A DNA stretch of 32,573 bases, taken from positions 1-32,573 of the IMG/VR virus record IMGVR_UViG_3300020045_006942, one strand, 5' to 3'. The stretch comes from a virus. Its lineage: Duplodnaviria > Caudoviricetes. The notes beneath the pieces are model-generated. The model saw only the letters and a program-made list of their open reading frames with translations. It was not told the origin of the DNA and ran no database searches. Below are positions 7,915 through 15,604 of this stretch, piece after piece (position 1 is the stretch's first letter; the number at the start of each line of letters is the position of its first letter). Made by a program: the position numbers and the translations under genes.

Positions 7915-8187
7915 GACGGCTTTATGCAATTTAATGTAAACCACGAAATATACGTGAAACTTACAGAAAAGGGAATTGAAAAATATGTAAAAGACCATAA
8001 CAATATTATGCCTTTTAAATTACATATTTCTTACCGACAATTTGAAGAAAGAAAAAACGAACAAGGTTATCATAGATTTCAAATGTGGTCATTTGTTGAT
8101 GCTTTTGGAGATTTAGGAATGCAAGGCTGGCAGTTTTACGATACAAACGTCTTGTTTAACGCTAAGGATTTGGAAGCTGTCTTGTAA
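7786..8187. mobile_element. Integron-like gene cassette 1
   Basis: GTTACAAGACGGCTTT (7908-7923) is complementary to GAAGCTGTCTTGTAAC (8173-8188); attC-like hairpin at one end, TAAC-N7-TAAC motif at the other. Confidence 0.65.
7849..8187 (+). CDS. Hypothetical phage protein carried by cassette 1
   Basis: ORF track; core MQFNVNHEIYVKLTEKG...FQMWSFVDAFG; N-terminal 25 aa encoded by the hairpin. Confidence 0.8.
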   Translation: MKVQNNVIVQDQDGNSSKPLLQDGFMQFNVNHEIYVKLTEKGIEKYVKDHNNIMPFKLHISYRQFEERKNEQGYHRFQMWSFVDAFGDLGMQGWQFYDTNVLFNAKDLEAVL

Positions 8188-8220
8188 CTATATGCTAACA
8201 CTTACAAATGCATTACAATT

Positions 8221-8400
8221 ATGAAAATATACAGTAAAACAAAGGTTATGAGAATTTCAGAATCACAATTAAAAACACTTCAAAAAATGAAGTCTTACAA
8301 CGTTGATGTCGGTAGGTTTATACGTGATGCAATATCAGAAAAGATAAAACGTGAATATAAAGATTTAATTCCTAAAGTTAAAAATACTTGTCCTTTTTAA
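8221..8400 (+). CDS. Ribbon-helix-helix-like DNA-binding protein (59 aa)
   Basis: MKIYSKTKVMRISESQLKTLQKMKSYNVDVGRFIRDAISEKI pattern. Confidence 0.7.
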   Translation: MKIYSKTKVMRISESQLKTLQKMKSYNVDVGRFIRDAISEKIKREYKDLIPKVKNTCPF

Positions 8401-8817
8401 GTAAAACCATAAGAAAATAAATAAACATAAAACGAAAAACAAACCGATATACAAAACTGTGTTATCGGTTTTTTCGCTTTCTTTAATTTTTAATTCGCTT
8501 TCTTTTTTAATATTAGAAACTTTATTTTCTGTTTTATCTTCCGTTTTAATTATTTTACTTTTATCGTTTGTGATAACTACGTTAAAATAGCTTTTACCGT
8601 TTATTATCATAGGTTTAAGCGTGTCAAATGGTTTTAAGGTAAATATATCGTTTAAAATTATTTCTTGGCTTAAAACGTGCTTATTTTCGATAATTAAAGA
8701 ATCGCTTTTAAATGTAGTTTGTTTTTTTGAAACTTTACGTGTTCCGCATGATGACAAAAGTATCATTATTAAAATAGCAATAATAGCAGATAATATTAAC
8801 GGATAGTTATTTTTCAT
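8365..8817 (-). CDS. Unimolecular spanin (u-spanin)-like lipoprotein
   Basis: Signal peptide with lipobox LSS-C plus C-terminal TM helix; directly after endolysin. Confidence 0.8.
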   Translation of the reverse strand: MKNNYPLILSAIIAILIMILLSSCGTRKVSKKQTTFKSDSLIIENKHVLSQEIILNDIFTLKPFDTLKPMIINGKSYFNVVITNDKSKIIKTEDKTENKVSNIKKESELKIKESEKTDNTVLYIGLFFVLCLFIFLWFYLKRTSIFNFRN

Positions 8818-9391
8818 TAATATATTTATTTAGCAATTCTTTTCGGTGTTCAATTCCGTTTAAACCTCCATTAATCTTTTTAGTTATTCCTGTAATATCG
8901 TTTTTATCTGCTAATTTATTTAATCCTGCTTTATTCCAAAACCACAAAGCCGAAATCATTGCATTAGCTTCTTCAAGTAATAAATCTGGATTTTTTAAGC
9001 AATCTAAATCCGTGTCGTTTGTTAATTGAAAGTAGTTTATTTTACCAGTAATTTGAATAAATCCACGACCACGATATTTCCATCCTTCACCACTTGCTTC
9101 GTTTCCATTACCCATGCGATTAGCGTAAACTTTATTTGCTATTTTTTCTGGTTGTCTTGCGTATAAAGTAGAAGTTCCTAATATTTTTATACCCCCGTTT
9201 TTCCTAAGTATATCATCTGTAAAATGTTTATTAAAAATGTTTAATAATCCTTGTTTTGAATAATTTAAATTTTCGCTAATTGGCTTTAATCCGCTTTCAT
9301 GTTCTATTTGAGCCATAAAATGTGCGATTCTTAACCGAGTATTAAGTCCATATTTTTCAAATAAAGTATTGTATTTTTCTTGTAGTTTCAT
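8807..9391 (-). CDS. Glycoside hydrolase family 19 endolysin
   Basis: HFMAQIEHESG, ENLNYS, YRGRGFIQITGKINY, ITKKINGG motifs. Confidence 0.93.
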   Translation of the reverse strand: MKLQEKYNTLFEKYGLNTRLRIAHFMAQIEHESGLKPISENLNYSKQGLLNIFNKHFTDDILRKNGGIKILGTSTLYARQPEKIANKVYANRMGNGNEASGEGWKYRGRGFIQITGKINYFQLTNDTDLDCLKNPDLLLEEANAMISALWFWNKAGLNKLADKNDITGITKKINGGLNGIEHRKELLNKYINEK

Positions 9392-9693
9392 AATTTATCT
9401 TTTGGTTGTAAAAATTCGTTATGCCATTTTTTATAAAAGTTAGCGTTCTTTTTTTCTAATAATTCCTGCTCTAATATTTCGCTTCTTGTCTTACTATCTC
9501 TGATGTATGTTCGTAGCTTGTAATAAGCAAAAAATACCCCTATTAAAGTTAATAAGAACTGAACAAAGTTAGTAGCGTTTGATAAATAAAACTCCCCAAA
9601 TGTAAGTTTTTTTACAACATCAATTAACGTAAAAGAATATAAACAATAGAAACTATAATTTAGCGTGTTGTAAAGCCATTTTATTAAATGCAT
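9388..9693 (-). CDS. Holin-like membrane protein
   Basis: Two hydrophobic segments and charged C-terminus, immediately upstream of endolysin. Confidence 0.6.
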   Translation of the reverse strand: MHLIKWLYNTLNYSFYCLYSFTLIDVVKKLTFGEFYLSNATNFVQFLLTLIGVFFAYYKLRTYIRDSKTRSEILEQELLEKKNANFYKKWHNEFLQPKDKL

Positions 9694-9997
9694 AATCAAA
9701 AATTTGGGAGGTAATAATTAACAAATATAAGAAAAAATAAAGTTGCTCATTTAACAATTCATAAACACTGTTTAGAAAAATAATAGCAATTATACATCTT
9801 ATCAAATAAATGTTATCTTTTGAGGGTAAAAAGAAATAATGTAATAATGAAATAGCGCATAAAAAAGTATCAATTAAATCAAACGTAAAAAAGTTATCGT
9901 TATAAAACTGACTATTTTTTAAGAACAAAAAACAAAAAACCCAATTACCTACTATAATAATAGGTAAGTAATTGAGTATTTTATCAATAGTTTTCAT
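9653..9997 (-). CDS. Multi-pass membrane protein in lysis cassette
   Basis: About four hydrophobic segments. Confidence 0.6.
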   Translation of the reverse strand: MKTIDKILNYLPIIIVGNWVFCFLFLKNSQFYNDNFFTFDLIDTFLCAISLLHYFFLPSKDNIYLIRCIIAIIFLNSVYELLNEQLYFFLYLLIITSQIFDYAFNKMALQHAKL

Positions 9998-10242
9998 TAT
10001 GTTTTTTTAGGTCTTGGCAATCCTACGCTATCAATTTCGGAAGCTGAAACAAAAACCTTCGGTGCATTTGGTTTATTTTTATCTGATGCTAAATAACCAA
10101 TCAATACCAATCCGATAGCTAAAAGTAATTGACTTCCTGATTTGTCTGTAAACGCACCCGCATTATAAGCCTGAATTAATGCGTCAATTAATAAAGGTAA
10201 TCCTGTAAGTAATCCCGCTAAAGTTGTTTTTAAGTTTTTCAT
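9997..10242 (-). CDS. Holin-like 2-TM protein
   Basis: MKNLKTTLAG...LIGYLASD; two TMs, basic tail. Confidence 0.7.
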   Translation of the reverse strand: MKNLKTTLAGLLTGLPLLIDALIQAYNAGAFTDKSGSQLLLAIGLVLIGYLASDKNKPNAPKVFVSASEIDSVGLPRPKKT

Positions 10243-10246
10243 GTGT

Positions 10247-10411
10247 TTAAATTTGTTTGTTATAAAATTGTCTCGTTTCTAAATCAAAATATGGATTTTC
10301 CATTTCTTCGGTGCGTAATTCCTCGATAGCTATTTCGCTATCTTTCAAATTGCTTATGTCTTGAGTAGCATATAATTCTTTACCATCTTTATTTAAAATT
10401 GTGTATATCAT
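10247..10411 (-). CDS. Small protein following tail fibre (54 aa), possible fibre assembly factor
   Basis: MIYTILNKDGKELYAT...NPYFDLETRQFYNK; position only. Confidence 0.6.
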   Translation of the reverse strand: MIYTILNKDGKELYATQDISNLKDSEIAIEELRTEEMENPYFDLETRQFYNKQI

Positions 10412-10412
10412 A

Positions 10413-11984
10413 TTAATTTATCATTTTAATTGAACGAATTTGAGAAGTATCGGCAGAACTTGAATTTTGCAATGAAACGAACCAATATTGCGTAACGCTT
10501 GGGTCGTATGATATAGATGATGTAGCAACTGTTGAAAATCCTTCATCAGTTGCTAAGCTTGTTGGGTTTAAAAAAGTTAAGTTTCCAGACGATAAAATAA
10601 AATTTCTATTAAAAACAAATCCTAAATTGGGCGCGGAAGATTGTACCGAACCAATTAATGTAGATGTTGAAAAATTATTTACAGAATTTACTTTTACCTT
10701 TAATATTAAATTTCCTGTAGTGCCAGATTTAGAAATCATTAATTTTAAATTAGGCATACATGATGCTGGTAATTTACCTGCTGCAATAGTATAAGTGTGC
10801 ATTAATACTTCACTAACGCCTCCTGTATTTGTACTTGTGGGAGTGTCTGAAATTATAGTCTTTACAACTCCGTCAATAGCATCATAAACAGCATCTTCAC
10901 TCGGCGACTTGTCAGTTACTCCGTTAGTGATTGTTTGAGAAACAACAGCTAAAGTTCCAGATACGTCAGGAAGTGTAAATGTTCTATTTGCTGTTAAATT
11001 AGCATTACTAAAAGTACCCGAAATTGTAGGTGATTTATAAGTTACAAATCCATTGTTTTGAGTTAAAAATTGTAAATTTCCACTTGTATTTGTAAACAAA
11101 AATCTATTTAAATTCATGTAAAATTGACCAATCCCTATATCCTCTGTATTTGTAAAATCTAAAATGCCATTTATAAAGCCTCCTTGCGAATTAAAATAAC
11201 CATTTTTAGAAACACTAAACTTTTCAACGTCATTATTTTTTATTATTAAAGCTTTTCCAGTAGATGATGGCGTAGTATTAATATTTAATGCATCTCCAGA
11301 GCTTGTATTTTCTATTTTTAAAGCATCGTTTGTAGATGAATTTTCAAAAGTCTTACTTCCTGTTATTGTTTGATTTCCTATTAAATTAACTGTTTCATCA
11401 TTAGTAGCTAAAGTGTAAGTTCCTGCTACTATTTTTGCAGGGAAGTTTAAGGTAGTATTTTCAGTAGCCTCTGTAAAATTAACAGAAGTACTACCAACAC
11501 CGTTACTTTGTTGTATTTTTGCTTTTCCATCAATTACCTGAAGCAAGGCAGAACTATCAGATCCGTAATTAGTGTCGCTTTGTATATATGCGTTATTTTG
11601 AGACACTTCAAAAGTAGTTATTCCTCCTGTTAAATCGTCATGATGTATTTGTGTATATCTGTCTATTCCGTCTCCTCCTCCTATAACCCCCCCGTGTTTT
11701 CCATCAAACAAAAAAATAGAGTCTACATCTAAAACTTTCTGTAAATCAATTGCATTAACCGCATCAACAGTTGGGTATTTAGTTCCTGTGCCGTCAATAG
11801 CAAGTGAGTTTTGTTTGTTAGCTAAATTTTCCTTACTTGTGCCAGAATCTACTTTATCTTTACGAATCTTTTTGCTTGTACCTTGTGCGCTTTCTGTTGT
11901 GTCTGAAACATCAACTATATACAAAAAGTCACCGTCAGCAGGTGTAGTTAATTCCGTTAAATCTGTTAATTTTTTATTTGCCAT
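10413..11984 (-). CDS. Tail/neck fibre protein
   Basis: N-terminal KKLTDLTELTT...IVDVS attachment motif; GNQTITGSKTF and LTANRTFTLPDVSGTLA fibre motifs; T/S/G/N-rich. Confidence 0.85.
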   Translation of the reverse strand: MANKKLTDLTELTTPADGDFLYIVDVSDTTESAQGTSKKIRKDKVDSGTSKENLANKQNSLAIDGTGTKYPTVDAVNAIDLQKVLDVDSIFLFDGKHGGVIGGGDGIDRYTQIHHDDLTGGITTFEVSQNNAYIQSDTNYGSDSSALLQVIDGKAKIQQSNGVGSTSVNFTEATENTTLNFPAKIVAGTYTLATNDETVNLIGNQTITGSKTFENSSTNDALKIENTSSGDALNINTTPSSTGKALIIKNNDVEKFSVSKNGYFNSQGGFINGILDFTNTEDIGIGQFYMNLNRFLFTNTSGNLQFLTQNNGFVTYKSPTISGTFSNANLTANRTFTLPDVSGTLAVVSQTITNGVTDKSPSEDAVYDAIDGVVKTIISDTPTSTNTGGVSEVLMHTYTIAAGKLPASCMPNLKLMISKSGTTGNLILKVKVNSVNNFSTSTLIGSVQSSAPNLGFVFNRNFILSSGNLTFLNPTSLATDEGFSTVATSSISYDPSVTQYWFVSLQNSSSADTSQIRSIKMIN

Positions 11985-11988
11985 TTTT

Positions 11989-12555
11989 TTAATTTAATAA
12001 GAAATTACTATCTTGTAATAAAAATCTATCTTCATTTTGATATAAAAAATAGAAAGGTTCTTCCGTTCCTAAATCTATAAATCCAGCGTCTGCAGGATTA
12101 CTTATAAAATACGCACTATGTTCTTCTTGCCCTGTAAAATCAATTTTAATACCGTTTAAATCGCTTTTATTTCCTCCAGTTGTATAACTTACATTTCCCG
12201 CACTTAATCCATTATATAGTCCAAAAATACGATACAATCCATTCCTATCTTTAAATAGTAATCTAAATTCTAAACTTGCTAATTCTTTTGTGTCTTTCGT
12301 ACTTGAATTAGAAAATGTTAATGATATACTTTGATTATAAAACTTCCCTCCTTCGTTTTGCTCCATTATTTCGGATGGGGCTGGATTTTGTACGCTATCA
12401 AATTCGTATATAAACGTTTCGGGAAAAGAAATTAAATAATTGCCTTCTGTAACTATTTGACTTCTATTATATTTTTTATATTTTAAAAGCCATATATTGT
12501 TTACGCCTGATTTAGCATCTTTACATTTTCGATTAAAACCGTTTACAATTTCCAT
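11989..12555 (-). CDS. Tail-tube paralog with C-terminal extension
   Basis: Shares CK..GV/GL, KDRNG..R/H..G..NG/DG, TGG.K.DLNG motifs with 15034..15543. Confidence 0.7.
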   Translation of the reverse strand: MEIVNGFNRKCKDAKSGVNNIWLLKYKKYNRSQIVTEGNYLISFPETFIYEFDSVQNPAPSEIMEQNEGGKFYNQSISLTFSNSSTKDTKELASLEFRLLFKDRNGLYRIFGLYNGLSAGNVSYTTGGNKSDLNGIKIDFTGQEEHSAYFISNPADAGFIDLGTEEPFYFLYQNEDRFLLQDSNFLLN

Positions 12556-13037
12556 CCTACATTCAAATTCATTCCCTTAATAGCGTTCACTTCATCTTGA
12601 TAACATTTGTATTCTGTTAATGGGTTTTTGCAAATCCATTTATTAAAACGGTGTACGTACATTTGAGCTAAACTTTTATATTTACCTGCTAAAAATTGTA
12701 CTTCTTGTTTATCTACAACCTCTATTTTATCGCCTGTATGCTTATAAACCCCTCCGTTGTCTACCATGTACGATGCAATCTCTATATACTGTGCTATTGA
12801 TTCATTTTTTACAATTGGTTTAATAAAATCAGTATATAATTCTAAATATAAACTGCTTAACGTATTTGCTGTTTTGTCCGCAACAATCTTATCATATAAC
12901 TCAGTTCCTAATAAAGGTTCAATAGTTGTTAATTGCACATTTGCAATGCAAAATAAAAACTTATCCGTATCTGTATTTCCGCTCAATATTGTTGAGCTTG
13001 TCATTTCTTGGGGTGTAATAAAAAGTAATTCTGCCAT
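12543..13037 (-). CDS. Head-tail adaptor/connector
   Basis: Directly follows portal; helical, IEPLLGTELY motif; start MAELLF. Confidence 0.6.
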   Translation of the reverse strand: MAELLFITPQEMTSSTILSGNTDTDKFLFCIANVQLTTIEPLLGTELYDKIVADKTANTLSSLYLELYTDFIKPIVKNESIAQYIEIASYMVDNGGVYKHTGDKIEVVDKQEVQFLAGKYKSLAQMYVHRFNKWICKNPLTEYKCYQDEVNAIKGMNLNVGWKL

Positions 13038-13041
13038 AGTG

Positions 13042-14661
13042 TTAAATGTCATGCGGTGCTATTCCCGCTATTCCTGATGCTCTACTTTCTTTTGGTTTGT
13101 TTTTAGGATTATTAACATCTACTTTTACTCCTATTTTTCTATATGTTAATTTTTCCCAATAATGTTTGCAAGTTCCTCCTGTAAAATTAGCACTTAATAA
13201 ACCTCCTCCTTTATATTTCCAAATAGAATAAGGTTCGTTTGGTGTTGGGTGCATTCCAAATCCTGGATTTACATTTCTTTCTCCCATCAACTCAATATCT
13301 TCACGTCTGTAAATTTTATTTCTTCGCATCATTTCTTTGCAAAAACCACGCTCAGGACTTGCATTGCCTGCATATCTATAACGATAAATATAATAGTCAG
13401 TATCCCATTTTGATTTTGCGTTTGGTATAGCAGTTCCGCTATTTACACTTGCTAATTCAAGCCTATCTTCCTCATCATAATCAACAGGACTAACATCTAT
13501 TAACTCGTAATTTTCTAAATCTTCATCTTCGCCATACTCATCTAATTCAAACTTTTTTTTTTCGTCGTGAGAATGCATAGCAATAGATTTTTGCTCTGTC
13601 AAAGGAATAAAATATAAGTCTAAATTGATATTATAAAAGGCAAGCACTTCCTCTAACGCTTCGGTGATATATCTTTGTTTTGGTTGTATAACTCTTTTCA
13701 TCAATTGAGCCTCAGCCTCATCTAATTCGTTAGCATTATTACCTAAACCACCATCAGACATAATACCAAATAATTTAGGACTTACAACTTTATGACCTGT
13801 CATTATTTGTTGTCTACTTTCACCAGTTAAGTATTCCCATTGTTTATGTTGAGCATCGTTAACAGGAAAAGGTATGATAGTTATTTCGGCATCTCTACCA
13901 TTAAAACTAATTACAAAGTTCATAGCGTTAGGCGAACCAGTTAATTTGCCTTTTATTTTGCGTTCTAATTCATCCTTTTGCTCGGGTGTTAATGTACCAC
14001 CATCAGGAATATTTATGATATATCCAGCACTTAAACCTTTTTTAATTGAATTTATATAAAAGTTTGCAAGTTCTTCCTCCATTTCAGCATAAGGCAATGC
14101 ACTCAAATAATCAGGGTCTGAAAAATAGTTTTTACCTGCTTTATATGGTTTTATACAATATATTTCTATATTCTCGTTAGACGTGCCAAAAGCTGGATAA
14201 TAAGTAGGTTTATATTTTTGTGGGTCGCTCCAGTCTTTAGAATGCCAATATCCCTCAATCATTCCCTCCTCGTTTTCTAAACATGGTACTACTTGTTGTT
14301 TAGGTATGTGATAAATAGCGCCTAAACTTTTTTTATCTTTTGATTTAATAACTTGAAAAGAAGCCTCTCCAAACAACTCAAAGTCAGAAATAATTTTACG
14401 CAATTCTTTTGAACTAAATACAGATACTAAGTTAATCCATGCGCTTGTATTTACATTCTTAGAACGTAAACCGTTACCATAAATTAAATTACAATAAGAG
14501 TCTATAATTGCGCTATTAGTTGGCGAACCATTAAACCTGTCAATTACATACTGATAAAATGAATTTTGTTTACCGTTTAGAACCCAATTTTTAGATTTAT
14601 TTTCTTCTAATTTAGGTCTTACATAGTTGCTTAACTGCAGTAATCTTATATCGTTACTCAT
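13042..14661 (-). CDS. Portal protein fused to C-terminal MuF-like domain
   Basis: Start MSNDIRLLQL; SPTNSAII, IMTGHKVVSPKLFG, VIQPKQ portal-type motifs; C-terminal ERGFCKEMM...KGG...CKHYW domain. Confidence 0.85.
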   Translation of the reverse strand: MSNDIRLLQLSNYVRPKLEENKSKNWVLNGKQNSFYQYVIDRFNGSPTNSAIIDSYCNLIYGNGLRSKNVNTSAWINLVSVFSSKELRKIISDFELFGEASFQVIKSKDKKSLGAIYHIPKQQVVPCLENEEGMIEGYWHSKDWSDPQKYKPTYYPAFGTSNENIEIYCIKPYKAGKNYFSDPDYLSALPYAEMEEELANFYINSIKKGLSAGYIINIPDGGTLTPEQKDELERKIKGKLTGSPNAMNFVISFNGRDAEITIIPFPVNDAQHKQWEYLTGESRQQIMTGHKVVSPKLFGIMSDGGLGNNANELDEAEAQLMKRVIQPKQRYITEALEEVLAFYNINLDLYFIPLTEQKSIAMHSHDEKKKFELDEYGEDEDLENYELIDVSPVDYDEEDRLELASVNSGTAIPNAKSKWDTDYYIYRYRYAGNASPERGFCKEMMRRNKIYRREDIELMGERNVNPGFGMHPTPNEPYSIWKYKGGGLLSANFTGGTCKHYWEKLTYRKIGVKVDVNNPKNKPKESRASGIAGIAPHDI

Positions 14662-14959
14662 AAAAGTATAGTTCGTTTGTTGCTTTGAAGTTTTGCGTAT
14701 CTTGTGATGTTGCAAATATTTTATCTCTGTAAATTATTCCGTTTGCATCGGTTATTTTTACTTGATACTTATCGTTTTCATTAAATGTAAAAGTAAAAGT
14801 AAGTGTTAATATACCGTTTTGCGTTACATAAATAGGTGTTACTAACGTTTCTATTTGTGTTGCTTCGTTATATAAATATAAATCTAAAACCCCATCCGTA
14901 TAATAACGTGGTATAATTGCAATTAAATGCTCCGTATCTAAAGGACTTACTACTTTCAT
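14654..14959 (-). CDS. Beta-rich structural hypothetical protein
   Basis: ORF track; between tail tube and portal. Confidence 0.7.
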   Translation of the reverse strand: MKVVSPLDTEHLIAIIPRYYTDGVLDLYLYNEATQIETLVTPIYVTQNGILTLTFTFTFNENDKYQVKITDANGIIYRDKIFATSQDTQNFKATNELYFYE

Positions 14960-14967
14960 ATAATTAA

Positions 14968-14992
14968 AAACAAAAAAAACCTCTTTTTGTTA
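14968..14992 (-). promoter_or_regulatory. Candidate late promoter TAAC-N17-GTTT
   Basis: Same motif and spacing at 17957-17981 and 25411-25435. Confidence 0.65.
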
Positions 14993-15001
14993 CGAAAGAG
15001 G
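14972..15001 (-). terminator. Intrinsic terminator after major tail gene
   Basis: CCTCTTT-CGTAACAA-AAAGAGG followed by T8. Confidence 0.8.
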
Positions 15002-15033
15002 CTTAATTAAAACTAAAAAAAAATGAAAAAATA

Positions 15034-15543
15034 CTAAACCAAAGCCAAAAATGCTGTTACTGTTGTAGCGTCTAACTTAGGAGATAAAGCGCCCGTAGTA
15101 GAAACACCCGTCAAAGTATATCCGTTAAGGTCACCTTTTGCCCCACCTGTTGATTGAGCTACTGTAAAATCTATTCCATCATCAGTTCCGATAGCATGAA
15201 ATATACCGTTTCTGTCTTTTACAACTGCCATAGGGAAGCCATAAGCTAATAAGTTCATTTGTGCTGAAGTAACTGCATCAATTTTCTTTAAAACAACTGT
15301 AAGCGTTTGAGTGTTTAATGATGTACCAGAATTTCTGTCAGATACTAAAGACTCAGCTACATTGTTTCCATCTCCTTCAAGTTCATACTCAAAGACTGTT
15401 GTAAGAAGTGGATTAATTGCTGTTGCAACTCCTGCTGTAACTGTGAAAGGATTTTCTACAAAGTTAAAAAGATATAGTTTACCTAAACCCCCTAAACCTT
15501 GCTTACAAGCCTTATCACGTCCTGCTGTAATATCACATGGCAT
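15034..15543 (-). CDS. Major tail (tube) protein
   Basis: 169 aa, beta-rich, follows capsid gene; CDITAGR..CK..GG and DLNGYTLT motifs typical of Bacteroidota siphophage tubes. Confidence 0.75.
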   Translation of the reverse strand: MPCDITAGRDKACKQGLGGLGKLYLFNFVENPFTVTAGVATAINPLLTTVFEYELEGDGNNVAESLVSDRNSGTSLNTQTLTVVLKKIDAVTSAQMNLLAYGFPMAVVKDRNGIFHAIGTDDGIDFTVAQSTGGAKGDLNGYTLTGVSTTGALSPKLDATTVTAFLALV

Positions 15544-15561
15544 AATGTATATGTTTAAATT

Positions 15562-15585
15562 AAGGGCGATAACTAAACCGCCCTT
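15562..15585 (-). other. Stem-loop between capsid and tail-tube genes
   Basis: AAGGGCG-N10-CGCCCTT with weak T tract; partial terminator or mRNA stabiliser. Confidence 0.55.
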
Positions 15586-15604
15586 GTTACTTGTTTATTT
15601 TTAA

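Noticed and set aside
10413-11984. Diversity-generating retroelement targeting the fibre
   Set aside because: No reverse transcriptase and no template/variable repeat pair with A-specific mismatches seen.
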